Below are positions 1 to 8,192 of a stretch of 64,000 nt of DNA, piece after piece. Both the position numbers and the translations under genes were made by a program. The stretch is from Candidatus Saccharimonadales bacterium. Its GTDB lineage: Bacteria > Patescibacteriota > Saccharimonadia > Saccharimonadales > Saccharimonadaceae. Each line of letters starts with the position of its first letter. Position 1 is the first letter of the stretch. The notes below the pieces were generated by a model. That model ran no database searches and was not told the DNA's origin. It was given only the letters and a program-made list of their open reading frames with translations. Where the stretch lies: the NCBI GenBank assembly GCA_036382575.1, contig DASVHL010000033.1, positions 8,389 through 72,388 of the forward strand. The letters run 5' to 3'.

Positions 1-264
1 TAAATCAAAAATACTATCTTCTAGTCGTGACGAACGAGACAAATCCGTCGTTAAACGAAGTGCCCGTTCACTCGTCAAAACAATCTGTCGCAACATGCGA
101 TCACGTGTCGCTGGGTCAACATCGTTCGACTCCAGCCCTAACGCCAACTGACGAACAAGTGCAAGCGGCGATTTAAGTTCATGGGAAGCAGTCACCAAAA
201 AAGGCAGGTCGCTCGAAAGTAACCCGCCCACTTGATTGTTTGTTTGACCCTTACTCCCCTTCAT
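1..264 (-). CDS. histidine kinase, N-terminal part (continues beyond window edge); no sensor or TM region before the H-box
   Basis: Minus-strand translation from ATG 262-264 gives MKGSKGQTNNQVGGLLSSDLPFLVTASHELKSPLALVRQLALGLES... The H-box SHELKSPL is typical of HisKA. An in-frame TAA at 277-279 caps the N-terminus. Absent from the ORF track, presumably because it is truncated at the window edge. Confidence 0.7.
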   Translation of the reverse strand, partial: MKGSKGQTNNQVGGLLSSDLPFLVTASHELKSPLALVRQLALGLESNDVDPATRDRMLRQIVLTSERALRLTTDLSRSSRLEDSIFDL

Positions 265-305
265 CCTACGTCTATTTTAGCACGGAGGAGAGTGATCAGC
301 AGCGA

Positions 306-965
306 CTATTGATTGAAGTTAATCGTCTTGATGATATTCTCAAAGTCTGGCTTGAACGTATCAGCGTCCGTACGGACAGTCACAGTTTTATCGCGTACCT
401 TAAAGACGACAGCTGCACCACGAATATCTTTGCTAAAATTACCGTCAAAACGGATAGCCGTATTGCCATTAGCACTGAAATCGCTCGTACGAAGGTCACC
501 CTTCTTTACACGGGCATCATATTCCTTAACGACTTTGTCGTAATCGGTCTGCTCGATAACCACACGCAGGCTAAACTGCTGCTTCTCAGAGACTGGAGGT
601 ACAGTAATCGGGTTCAAGTATGCTTGGTATTCGCCGCCTTCCGCTACATCACGAGCAATGTAGACGCTCCATGTCTTTGGATAGTCAAAGATAAGACGTC
701 CATAATCATCTGGGCCAACGAACTGTCGGTTCGGTTCCTTTTCACGGTTAGCAAATTTTACCGCTTCGATATCAGATTGATCTTTACGAGCTTCCGCTAC
801 AGCAAGCTTCACCTTGCCGTCAACGTTTGTCTTTTGCTCGGTAAAGTTCACGTATGCCCAAATCGCTAGTGAGCCCGCTGCCAAAAACAGAACGCCAAGA
901 AGGATAATCGTAATGAGCGAGCCGCTGACCGCGCCGCTTTCGTGTTTATGTTGTAGATTATTCAT
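306..965 (-). CDS. hypothetical N-terminally membrane-anchored extracytoplasmic protein
   Basis: 219-aa ORF with ATG start. Single N-terminal hydrophobic helix (SLITIILLGVLFLAAGSLAIWAYV) followed by a hydrophilic domain. The antisense 240-869 ORF has junk-like composition. Confidence 0.6.
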   Translation of the reverse strand: MNNLQHKHESGAVSGSLITIILLGVLFLAAGSLAIWAYVNFTEQKTNVDGKVKLAVAEARKDQSDIEAVKFANREKEPNRQFVGPDDYGRLIFDYPKTWSVYIARDVAEGGEYQAYLNPITVPPVSEKQQFSLRVVIEQTDYDKVVKEYDARVKKGDLRTSDFSANGNTAIRFDGNFSKDIRGAAVVFKVRDKTVTVRTDADTFKPDFENIIKTINFNQ

Positions 966-979
966 ACGGTGTATTATAC

Positions 980-1498
980 TTACGCTTCTCCGGTGTGTAA
1001 AGCAGCAAATTGGTAGAGATAGTACGCCCCAGCCTTCTTGGTTGGCGTTTTGCCTGGCACAGCGAAGCCATAACTAATAAAAGATAGTGGTTTCGCCAGA
1101 CGAATCGCCTCTTGTTCAACTTTTTTAGCCATCTTGGTGATATCGCGCGATTCGCCAAAAACATACACGACAGTTGTTTCTTCTGGCAGATGAACCATCC
1201 AAAAATCCGCCAAATGGGTTGAGATTAACGGATTGCTGCGTGACAGTATGCGACTAATAAAAACGAGGATAGGATTCAGTTCGTAACCAATTGCCCGAGC
1301 TCCGCGATGCGCTGCTTCGCGGAGCACTATGCCGTCGCCAGACCCAATATCAACTAATGTATCCGACGTTGTCAGTGGATAAAGTTGGTCTAGCGCTGTA
1401 GCGAGTTCGCGTTTGCGACTAGGGACATATGGTGCGCCTCGAAACACGACTAGGCCGAACAGACCAGCAATAATCACCAGCGGCCATAGCCACCACAT
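980..1498 (-). CDS. class I SAM-dependent methyltransferase with N-terminal TM helix
   Basis: SAM-binding motif I, VDIGSGDGIVL, followed by acidic loop YELN. N-terminal hydrophobic segment. Confidence 0.7.
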   Translation of the reverse strand: MWWLWPLVIIAGLFGLVVFRGAPYVPSRKRELATALDQLYPLTTSDTLVDIGSGDGIVLREAAHRGARAIGYELNPILVFISRILSRSNPLISTHLADFWMVHLPEETTVVYVFGESRDITKMAKKVEQEAIRLAKPLSFISYGFAVPGKTPTKKAGAYYLYQFAALHTGEA

Positions 1499-1707
1499 TA
1501 TTCTGCCTCGTTAAATTTTTTCTTGAGGACCGTAATATTATTTTTCATAGCAAGTAAGTCGGCTTCTATTTCCGCTGCTAATTTTTCAGCTGCAGCAAAT
1601 TTATCAATCGCCTGTTCAAGTTCAAATTCATCCCCGTCAAACCACGCAACTAGTTCATTTAGTTGAATTGTCTTCTCGGCTATACTGGCATTACTTTTGT
1701 TTGACAT
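1498..1707 (-). CDS. xseB: exodeoxyribonuclease VII small subunit
   Basis: 69-aa helical protein (LNELVAWFDGDEFELEQAIDKFAAAEKL) directly downstream of, and overlapping, xseA. Confidence 0.8.
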   Translation of the reverse strand: MSNKSNASIAEKTIQLNELVAWFDGDEFELEQAIDKFAAAEKLAAEIEADLLAMKNNITVLKKKFNEAE

Positions 1708-2788
1708 CGATTACCTCCGCTGTTATTACTATATCGCTTTTTTCAATTTCTATCTGGTTTCCGGCAGTCATATCACCACGGATAATAGCATAGCCACGCT
1801 GTAGAACCTTACGTGGATCTAATTCAGTTAGAACACGCCGAATGCCAGTTAGTTGACTTTCGTTACGATCATATTGACGTTCAATCGCGCGCAGAGCGTC
1901 CGCCAATTGATATTGCAAGTTCTGCTTACCGGTATCAATCGCCTGATCAATCCGTGGTAATAGCCCCTGTACTTGTCGACGAACACCACGAATTATTTCG
2001 TGACGATCTGGTACCAAGATCTGCGCGGCATTACTCGGCGTTGCCGCTCGTACATCCGCCACCATGTCAGCCAGACTCACATCAACTTCATGCCCAACCC
2101 CAACCAACGTTGGCACGCGACTCGCCGCGATTTCTCGCACTAATAGCTCATCGTTAAATGCCGACAAATCATCCGCGCTTCCCCCACCGCGAATAATCAC
2201 AATGACTTCTGGCAGAATTTCCTGTGCATTGAAATATTTTAATGCACCAATCATCTGATCTGGCGCAACAGCGCCCTGCACCTGAACCGATGCAACTTCA
2301 ATATTTAGTCCACCCCATCGGTCATCGAGAATCTTAATAAAATCAGCGTAACCGGCTGCTTGTGTACTGCTAATGACCGCGACGTGATGCGGTAACGGTG
2401 GGAGTGAACGCTTGCGCTCAACTGCGAATAATCCCTCTTTGTCTAACTTCGCTCGCAGTAGCTCGAAACTTTTCTTAAGGCTTCCTTCGCCGCTTGGTCG
2501 CACTGCACGAACCGTCAAACTAAACTTGCCCCACGGTGTCAGCTTCGGTGTTGCGGTCACAATCACTTTCATGCCATCTTCAATTGGCACACGCAGTTGC
2601 CAAACAGTCATAAAACAATTGACACTGCCGCCAGCATCTTTGATATCAAAAAAGACATACTTACCCTGATTAACCTTAAAGCTCGCGACTTCACCCTCAA
2701 CTTCAATACTCGGATACGCATATTCGAGTGTTTGGTTGAGTGTAGCGATAAAGTCGCTAACTGTTAATTGGGGGACGTTTTTTTCCAT
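1691..2788 (-). CDS. xseA: exodeoxyribonuclease VII large subunit
   Basis: N-terminal OB-fold signature (LTVSDFIATLNQTLEYAYPSIEVEGEVASFK) and catalytic core (VIIRGGGSADDLSAFNDE). Paired with xseB. Confidence 0.9.
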   Translation of the reverse strand: MEKNVPQLTVSDFIATLNQTLEYAYPSIEVEGEVASFKVNQGKYVFFDIKDAGGSVNCFMTVWQLRVPIEDGMKVIVTATPKLTPWGKFSLTVRAVRPSGEGSLKKSFELLRAKLDKEGLFAVERKRSLPPLPHHVAVISSTQAAGYADFIKILDDRWGGLNIEVASVQVQGAVAPDQMIGALKYFNAQEILPEVIVIIRGGGSADDLSAFNDELLVREIAASRVPTLVGVGHEVDVSLADMVADVRAATPSNAAQILVPDRHEIIRGVRRQVQGLLPRIDQAIDTGKQNLQYQLADALRAIERQYDRNESQLTGIRRVLTELDPRKVLQRGYAIIRGDMTAGNQIEIEKSDIVITAEVIDVKQK

Positions 2789-3800
2789 ACTTTATAATCG
2801 CGTGTTGATAAAACAAATAACCTAATCCGATTGTACCCAGTAGTAAAATAACCCGGGCGAGCAAGATACCGGCAATTGCCGTTCCCTGCGCCAGGCCGGC
2901 AATCGCCAAAAATGCCACCATAATCGCTTCGTATGCACCGGCACCACCTGGCGTCACTACGAAGAATCCAGCCATTGAGGCTACCCCGTAGGCAATCAAT
3001 ACTGGTGCAGGATTCACCGATACGCCCAATGCCCAGAATGCAATCAAGAATAATCCGACGTCTGCGAGATTAAACACTAATCCCCATAAAAATGGTCGGA
3101 TCAATATCCGTTTGTCGGCACGCAAAGCCACGTAGTCGTGATGTAGTTCATCAAAATACTCATTCACTTGATCTTTATCGAGTACTTTTCGTTTGCGTCC
3201 AAACGTCACTTTACGCACAAGCGTATTAACCGTTCGTGTTGTCCAGCTTGCGAACCATGTCATACGTTTAGTGCTGCTCATGACAAACACCGCCGCAACC
3301 ATCACGCTTATCATGCCGGATGCCAAAATAGAGCTAACCAAAATGATCCAACGGTTGATGCCGCCATCAATTGTCACGATCAAAACTGCAATCAACAGTA
3401 GTGCAATAAATGATGCAAAGCCCATTGAATATCGCACCACCTGTGCCATAGTCGAACGGCCGGCTGATACGCCGTAACCACCCAGTCGCCATCCCATATA
3501 CGAAATACCGCTCACGCCACCACTTGGCAAAACGTGATTCACAAAATTCATTTCAAGCGCCATGCGCGCCAGACCAAGCGGCGCGATATGATCAATCGCT
3601 TTCTTGCCGCGTAAATATGAAAACATCATTTCCCCACCGGCGTAATAGACCAACAATTGTCCAGGAATCAACAATAATAATATCCAGATGTTAACTTGCT
3701 CGAGAAGTTGCCAGGCGCGTACGAGTTCGTGTCGCGAAAAAAAGATAATCACGGCGATTAATACGAGAGTAATTGTGCTCAACCATGCGCGAAAAGACAT
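2757..3800 (-). CDS. flippase-like / lysylphosphatidylglycerol-synthase TM-region family (UPF0104) membrane protein
   Basis: Polytopic membrane ORF. I prefer the internal ATG at 3800 (MSFRAWLSTITL...) because the longer ORF would run through the divergent gene starting at 3823. Confidence 0.6.
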   Translation of the reverse strand: MSFRAWLSTITLVLIAVIIFFSRHELVRAWQLLEQVNIWILLLLIPGQLLVYYAGGEMMFSYLRGKKAIDHIAPLGLARMALEMNFVNHVLPSGGVSGISYMGWRLGGYGVSAGRSTMAQVVRYSMGFASFIALLLIAVLIVTIDGGINRWIILVSSILASGMISVMVAAVFVMSSTKRMTWFASWTTRTVNTLVRKVTFGRKRKVLDKDQVNEYFDELHHDYVALRADKRILIRPFLWGLVFNLADVGLFLIAFWALGVSVNPAPVLIAYGVASMAGFFVVTPGGAGAYEAIMVAFLAIAGLAQGTAIAGILLARVILLLGTIGLGYLFYQHAIIKYGKKRPPINS

Positions 3801-3806
3801 ATAACT

Positions 3807-3816
3807 AGTATATACT
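3807..3816. promoter_or_regulatory. two overlapping divergent -10 boxes (TATACT on each strand) inside the palindrome TAGTATATACTA
   Basis: Plus-strand TATACT at 3811-3816 lies 6 nt before ATG 3823. Minus-strand TATACT at 3807-3812 lies 6 nt before ATG 3800. Neither side has a Shine-Dalgarno. Confidence 0.45.
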
Positions 3817-3822
3817 ACAGAT

Positions 3823-4992
3823 ATGTATATTGCGATTTTGGGACGACAACCAGCACTCGGTATGGCCGAGCTTGAACATTTATATGGCGGCACGAACACC
3901 GCTTGGTTTTCTGACGATACCGCAACCATCAAGACTGACGAACTTTCTATTGAACAATTAGGTGGTACACAAAAAGCTGGACGCGTCGTGATTGAGCTCC
4001 CTGCGAGCGATTGGCACCGTGTCAGCCAAAAGATCGTCCAGGCCTATGTCCAAGCCTGGTCAGGTTTTGAAGGTAAAATTACCCTTGGTATTAGCGTCTA
4101 CGGTTTCCCGATTGATGCCCGTGAAGTGCAAAAAACCGGCATTATTCTCAAACAAAAGCTTAAAAAACAAAACGTGAGCCTGCGTCTTATTCCTAATGCA
4201 GAACCAGTTTTAAACACTGCAACTGCACACCATAACAAACTAGGTCTATCGAACAATAAAGTTGAACTCATCGTTGTCAAAAGTGGTAATGGTAGTATTA
4301 TTGTCGCCGAAAGCACCGGTGCACAAAATATCACCGCCCTGGCAAAACGTGACCAAGAACGCCCAAAGCGCGATGCCTTTGTCGGTATGTTACCACCAAA
4401 ACTTGCCCAAATGATGCTCAACATGGCCGTGCCGTCAGGTACTTCCCATCTTCGTGTCCTTGATCCATTCTGTGGCACTGGTGTTATCCTTCAGGAAGCT
4501 GCGTTAATGAATCACGCGGTCTACGGAACTGATCTTGCTGAGAAAATGGTCAAATACTCTCAAGCTAACCTTGAATGGCTAGCTGATACCCATCATCTGA
4601 CTATCGATGCGACTGTCCACGGTGGCGATGCGATGGACACTAAATGGCAATCACCAATTGATGCCGTCGTTTGCGAAAGTTACCTTGGTCAGCCGTTTAG
4701 CGCACCCCCTTCTCCTGCTAAACTAACTGATGTTCGTAAAAACTGTAATTACATTATCAGTACATTTCTAAAGAATATCGGTTCGCAAATTGCGCCTGGC
4801 ACACCGCTATGTGTCGCCGTTCCCGCCTGGAAGAGCATTAACAACGACTTCACTCACCTACCGCTCGTAAATGATGTGGAATCTCTCGGCTACGAACGCT
4901 ACGATTTTAAGAATATCGAACACAAAGAACTCCTCTACTTCCGCGAAGACCAAATCGTGGCCCGCGAACTGCTTGTACTAATAAAGACATAA
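3823..4992 (+). CDS. SAM-dependent RNA (guanine-N2-type, Trm11/RlmL-like, UPF0020) methyltransferase
   Basis: Motif I LDPFCGTGVILQEAA. N-terminal non-catalytic domain of about 200 aa. Confidence 0.55.
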   Translation: MYIAILGRQPALGMAELEHLYGGTNTAWFSDDTATIKTDELSIEQLGGTQKAGRVVIELPASDWHRVSQKIVQAYVQAWSGFEGKITLGISVYGFPIDAREVQKTGIILKQKLKKQNVSLRLIPNAEPVLNTATAHHNKLGLSNNKVELIVVKSGNGSIIVAESTGAQNITALAKRDQERPKRDAFVGMLPPKLAQMMLNMAVPSGTSHLRVLDPFCGTGVILQEAALMNHAVYGTDLAEKMVKYSQANLEWLADTHHLTIDATVHGGDAMDTKWQSPIDAVVCESYLGQPFSAPPSPAKLTDVRKNCNYIISTFLKNIGSQIAPGTPLCVAVPAWKSINNDFTHLPLVNDVESLGYERYDFKNIEHKELLYFREDQIVARELLVLIKT

Positions 4993-5058
4993 AGATAGCC
5001 AGGTCTCCGTAAAAACCTGGCTGATCCAGGTCATTATGGAGACCTGGCGATCCTTGCG

Positions 5059-5610
5059 CTACTTGGCAGGCTGCATAGGCTGTCGGCAAGGAACAAATTT
5101 GCCAAGGTCATATTCCAGCGTTTCGCCTTCGGTAGCCTTACCTTGACCTGGCTTTACTTTATAGAGAAGCTCCTCGCCATGGCTCTTTTTCGATGGATCG
5201 TACGGAAGCTGCTCACCCTCCTGTTTACCACCCTTTTCGGTACAGAACTCCGAATGGTATGCAAGTAGCGCCCAATCAGCCATCTGCTCTCCGAGGTCTT
5301 GAACGAATTGTACACGCAACTCGAGAACCTGAGCACATTTCACTCCCGACTTCTGGAAACGGTATGCGATCGCTTTGTCCAATTTCTCGCATTCATCAAG
5401 CATAGAATCCGAGGGACCGACGTTACTTTTTGTGCTTTCGGTAGGCTCAGGTTCGAGTGTTACCCAAGTCGTTTGCGTCGGTTTAGGCATACTACCCTCA
5501 CCTACAACGATCTTAGCATCGACAACTCTCGGTGTCTCTGGTGCTGGCATAGAGCAAGCAGTCAGTAGTAATAGTGCAGCTGCAACACATAGGTTAGGTA
5601 CGAACTTCAT
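5059..5610 (-). CDS. lipoprotein, function unknown
   Basis: Internal ATG at 5610 gives MKFVPNLCVAAALLLLTAC with lipobox LLTAC. AAGGAG Shine-Dalgarno upstream. Confidence 0.65.
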   Translation of the reverse strand: MKFVPNLCVAAALLLLTACSMPAPETPRVVDAKIVVGEGSMPKPTQTTWVTLEPEPTESTKSNVGPSDSMLDECEKLDKAIAYRFQKSGVKCAQVLELRVQFVQDLGEQMADWALLAYHSEFCTEKGGKQEGEQLPYDPSKKSHGEELLYKVKPGQGKATEGETLEYDLGKFVPCRQPMQPAK

Positions 5611-5760
5611 GACATACTCCTTAATACAAGGTTGGACATTGCGTTTGTATGTATACAATACGCCTATTTTGTATTTACGTCAATTTAAGTATTTTATATG
5701 AATATATTCGCACCTATCAGCTCGGCCGAAACATTATTTTATGAATAGACATCCCACCCC

Positions 5761-5789
5761 TTGACGAAACACGCAAATTTAGCTACAAT
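5761..5789 (+). promoter_or_regulatory. sigma70-type promoter of rpmA
   Basis: TTGACG (5761-5766), 17-nt spacer, TACAAT (5784-5789). AAGGAG SD at 5815-5820, ATG at 5828. Confidence 0.55.
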
Positions 5790-5827
5790 TGAACAGATTG
5801 ATTTTAGAAACTATAAGGAGTTAACCT

Positions 5828-6100
5828 ATGTCACACGTTAAAGCAGGTGGTTCAAGTAAGAACATCCACAATAACGCCGGCCAACGCCTTGGTGTGAAAC
5901 GCTTTGGTGGCCAGAAAGTTCGCACTGGCGAAGTTTTGGTTCGTCAAACTGGCTCAACTAAGGTTGCTGGTCCTGGTACATTTATCAGCAAAAACTTTAC
6001 TATTCACGCTGCCGTTGATGGCGTTGTGTCATTTGGTAAGGTTAAAAAAGGTCACTTCACTGGCAAAACTGTGCCTCGCACACAAGTCAGCGTTAAATAA
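5828..6100 (+). CDS. rpmA: 50S ribosomal protein L27
   Basis: MSHVKAGGSSKNIHNNAGQRLGVKRFGGQKV is the canonical L27 N-terminus. Confidence 0.95.
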   Translation: MSHVKAGGSSKNIHNNAGQRLGVKRFGGQKVRTGEVLVRQTGSTKVAGPGTFISKNFTIHAAVDGVVSFGKVKKGHFTGKTVPRTQVSVK

Positions 6101-6110
6101 TTACGCTGTA

Positions 6111-6146
6111 TAAAAAATACTCCGCATCTCGCGGAGTATTTTATTT
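6111..6146. terminator. bidirectional rho-independent terminator
   Basis: 10-bp stem AATACTCCGC (6116-6125) / GCGGAGTATT (6131-6140), 5-nt loop. A-run on the 5' side and T-run on the 3' side. Sits between convergent rpmA and the 6141 gene. Confidence 0.8.
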
Positions 6147-6398
6147 GTCGTAATAGAATTCTGGTCCTGTCGAGGTCGCGCTATCGTCAGCTGCTTTTGG
6201 TACCTCATCAATGACTTCGTGCACTATATGCATATTCCTACGCTTAGTTAGCGCCTTGATGCTCACTATTTCATCTTTTACATACTGTGGCACCTCAATT
6301 GGACGACTTGCCTCTATTAGGCGCAGCTCTTCCTTGAGCTGCTTATCGCGCTGCCATGCATCAATACGTACAACATTAGACTTTTCGTTATTGTTCAC
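6141..6398 (-). CDS. hypothetical protein, third gene of the orphan operon
   Basis: I prefer the GTG at 6398, preceded by GGGAGA 6 nt upstream. It overlaps the upstream stop by 11 nt. The ATG-to-stop ORF (6141-6536) would overlap the upstream gene by 149 nt. Confidence 0.45.
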   Translation of the reverse strand: MNNNEKSNVVRIDAWQRDKQLKEELRLIEASRPIEVPQYVKDEIVSIKALTKRRNMHIVHEVIDEVPKAADDSATSTGPEFYYDK

Positions 6399-7242
6399 GA
6401 CGAATCTCCCGTTGAAATGATGGTGAACGTAAGATTCGATTAGCAGCTTCACGGTGTTGGCCAACAGTGGCGTTTTCGTCAGTTTGACCATCTTCGGCTG
6501 ATGGATCCCACTGGCCAGAAATTTTACGCCATGCATATAGCGCTACAACATCTCGACTATTCATCACTTTCGCGCCAGGAAAGTTAGGTTTTTTCATTTC
6601 GTTTCGCTGCATACGTTCTGGTAAATCGCCTAGGTAAGCATCTACCTTTTCGCGAAGATACGCTGTTACCGAGTCAGCTGCCGCTTCACTGCTACGCAAG
6701 GTCTCTATGAGAGCATGCTTGTCGCTCGGCAAGCCATCTGGTAAATCTTTCAGCGCATCGGCGATGACATCCATAAGTTGTGGGTCTTTTGTCCCTGCTG
6801 CTTCAAGTTGGTCAATCGAATACTCTGTCTTAAGTTCAAGATTCTTTTCCGACTCAGGCGTCACTACTGCTGCATTTTCAACAGAATAACCATTGCGTTC
6901 ATCTAGCTCAATGTCAGTATTATACAAATTATCGTATTTATTCAGTTCATTATCAGCAGAAGCAATCTCATTGTCTATGCGTCGACGCGTAAATGGGTCT
7001 TCGCTATCGGTTGTTGCAATAAAAACTTGATACTGATCATTATCTGCGTCATATACTGATACTTCTAAATCACCCTCATCGAATGAGAGGTGGTGCATAT
7101 CCATCACTAACTTGGCGCCAGGGTCGCTATTTGGATCAACTGCCATATGAAGCGCTTGCCACTCCGCCTCTGTAAGGTCTATTTTGCGTAGCGGTGCCTT
7201 ATCGGCAGACTCATGTGATGAGCCGGGAAATTGCTCACTCAT
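6388..7242 (-). CDS. hypothetical acidic soluble protein (284 aa)
   Basis: Long ORF with protein-like composition and no TM segment. No motif I can recognise. Confidence 0.6.
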   Translation of the reverse strand: MSEQFPGSSHESADKAPLRKIDLTEAEWQALHMAVDPNSDPGAKLVMDMHHLSFDEGDLEVSVYDADNDQYQVFIATTDSEDPFTRRRIDNEIASADNELNKYDNLYNTDIELDERNGYSVENAAVVTPESEKNLELKTEYSIDQLEAAGTKDPQLMDVIADALKDLPDGLPSDKHALIETLRSSEAAADSVTAYLREKVDAYLGDLPERMQRNEMKKPNFPGAKVMNSRDVVALYAWRKISGQWDPSAEDGQTDENATVGQHREAANRILRSPSFQREIRREQ

Positions 7243-7244
7243 AG

Positions 7245-7652
7245 CTACTGCTTACTTTCCATGTTAGGCGGTTGGTAAACAGAAACATCCTGAGCTAAGT
7301 CGTCGCCAAGACCAAGTTCACCTAGGCGACGTGTCACAACTTCAGATCGCTCGTATGGATCACGTTCGGCAGCAAGTTTTTGCTGTGCCTCAACAGATAG
7401 TGTCTCTTCGAGCACAGTCTTTTTTGGAAATGCCAACCGACCCTTAACCATTTCGGGTTTATGACCAACAACGGTTACCTCGCGCTCTCTAATTGGCTGA
7501 TTATGAGCGTCGAATGTGTCAACAGGCTTGGAAATATCCCAAATTGCCATCGAATCAATACGGCCATCGTCGCGTAATACTAAAACTTCGTCGCCAACGG
7601 CTAGCTGATGTTCGATTTGTTGTTCGGATTGTCGTGTAAGTTGTTCAGTCAT
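7245..7652 (-). CDS. hypothetical soluble protein (135 aa)
   Basis: ORF 2 nt upstream of the 284-aa gene. No recognisable motif. Confidence 0.55.
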   Translation of the reverse strand: MTEQLTRQSEQQIEHQLAVGDEVLVLRDDGRIDSMAIWDISKPVDTFDAHNQPIREREVTVVGHKPEMVKGRLAFPKKTVLEETLSVEAQQKLAAERDPYERSEVVTRRLGELGLGDDLAQDVSVYQPPNMESKQ

Positions 7653-7704
7653 TTTTTTGTTTTTATCTTTTTTAGATTATGTAATGACTATACCATAAGC
7701 GTAA

Positions 7705-7733
7705 TAAAAAAGCAACCCCTTACTAGGGTTGCT
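7705..7733 (-). terminator. rho-independent terminator after the receiver gene
   Basis: Stem AGCAACCC (7711-7718) / GGGTTGCT (7726-7733). T-run on the minus strand (7706-7710). Confidence 0.7.
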
Positions 7734-7757
7734 AAATTATACACGATAATCTTAAGA

Positions 7758-8141
7758 CTAAACCGTCAAACCAAGATGATGTTTGACACGCTCAACGACG
7801 TCACCAATCACGACCTGTGATTTCACGAGGTAATCATCAACACCGAGGGCTTCAGCACGCTCTTTATCTTTTGGCTGGCTAAGTGCGGTCAGCATAATAA
7901 TGCGAATATGCGCCGTTTCAGGAGTGTTACGGAGGATGTCGAGGACATCAAAACCGCTAATCTTTGGCATCATTGCATCGAGCAATATGAGGTCAGGTTT
8001 GTAATCAAGAGCGGCTGACAATGCTTCTTCACCATTGTTTACTTCACGGATATCAAAACCTTCTAGTTCCAAACGTGATTTATAAACGGCAGCGAGGGCA
8101 ATATCATCTTCGACAAGTAGTATTTTTTTCTTTGTATCCAT
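7758..8141 (-). CDS. single-domain (CheY-like) response regulator receiver
   Basis: MDTKKKILLVEDD..., phospho-acceptor context LILLDAMMP, and conserved T (MLTA) and K (KS). No output domain. Internal ATG at 8141 preceded by GAGGAAG. Confidence 0.85.
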   Translation of the reverse strand: MDTKKKILLVEDDIALAAVYKSRLELEGFDIREVNNGEEALSAALDYKPDLILLDAMMPKISGFDVLDILRNTPETAHIRIIMLTALSQPKDKERAEALGVDDYLVKSQVVIGDVVERVKHHLGLTV

Positions 8142-8192
8142 ATCTTCCTCTATAGTACTAAGAACCTGAGAAAAGCACAACGGCCTTCCGGC

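Noticed and set aside
240-869. Long plus-strand ORF (209 aa) antisense to the 306-965 gene. Similar antisense ORFs occur at 9640-10077, 24417-24824, 29675-30262, 30357-30824, 39706-40119 and 60779-61189.
   Set aside because: Their composition is junk-like (rich in S/R/L/C, no motifs). Each lies entirely within a well-supported gene on the other strand, so they are shadow ORFs.
8142-8192. Possible terminator hairpin (GCC-TTCC-GGC) between ctp and the receiver gene.
   Set aside because: The stem is only 3-4 bp with no U-tract, which is too weak to call. The receiver gene is probably co-transcribed with ctp.
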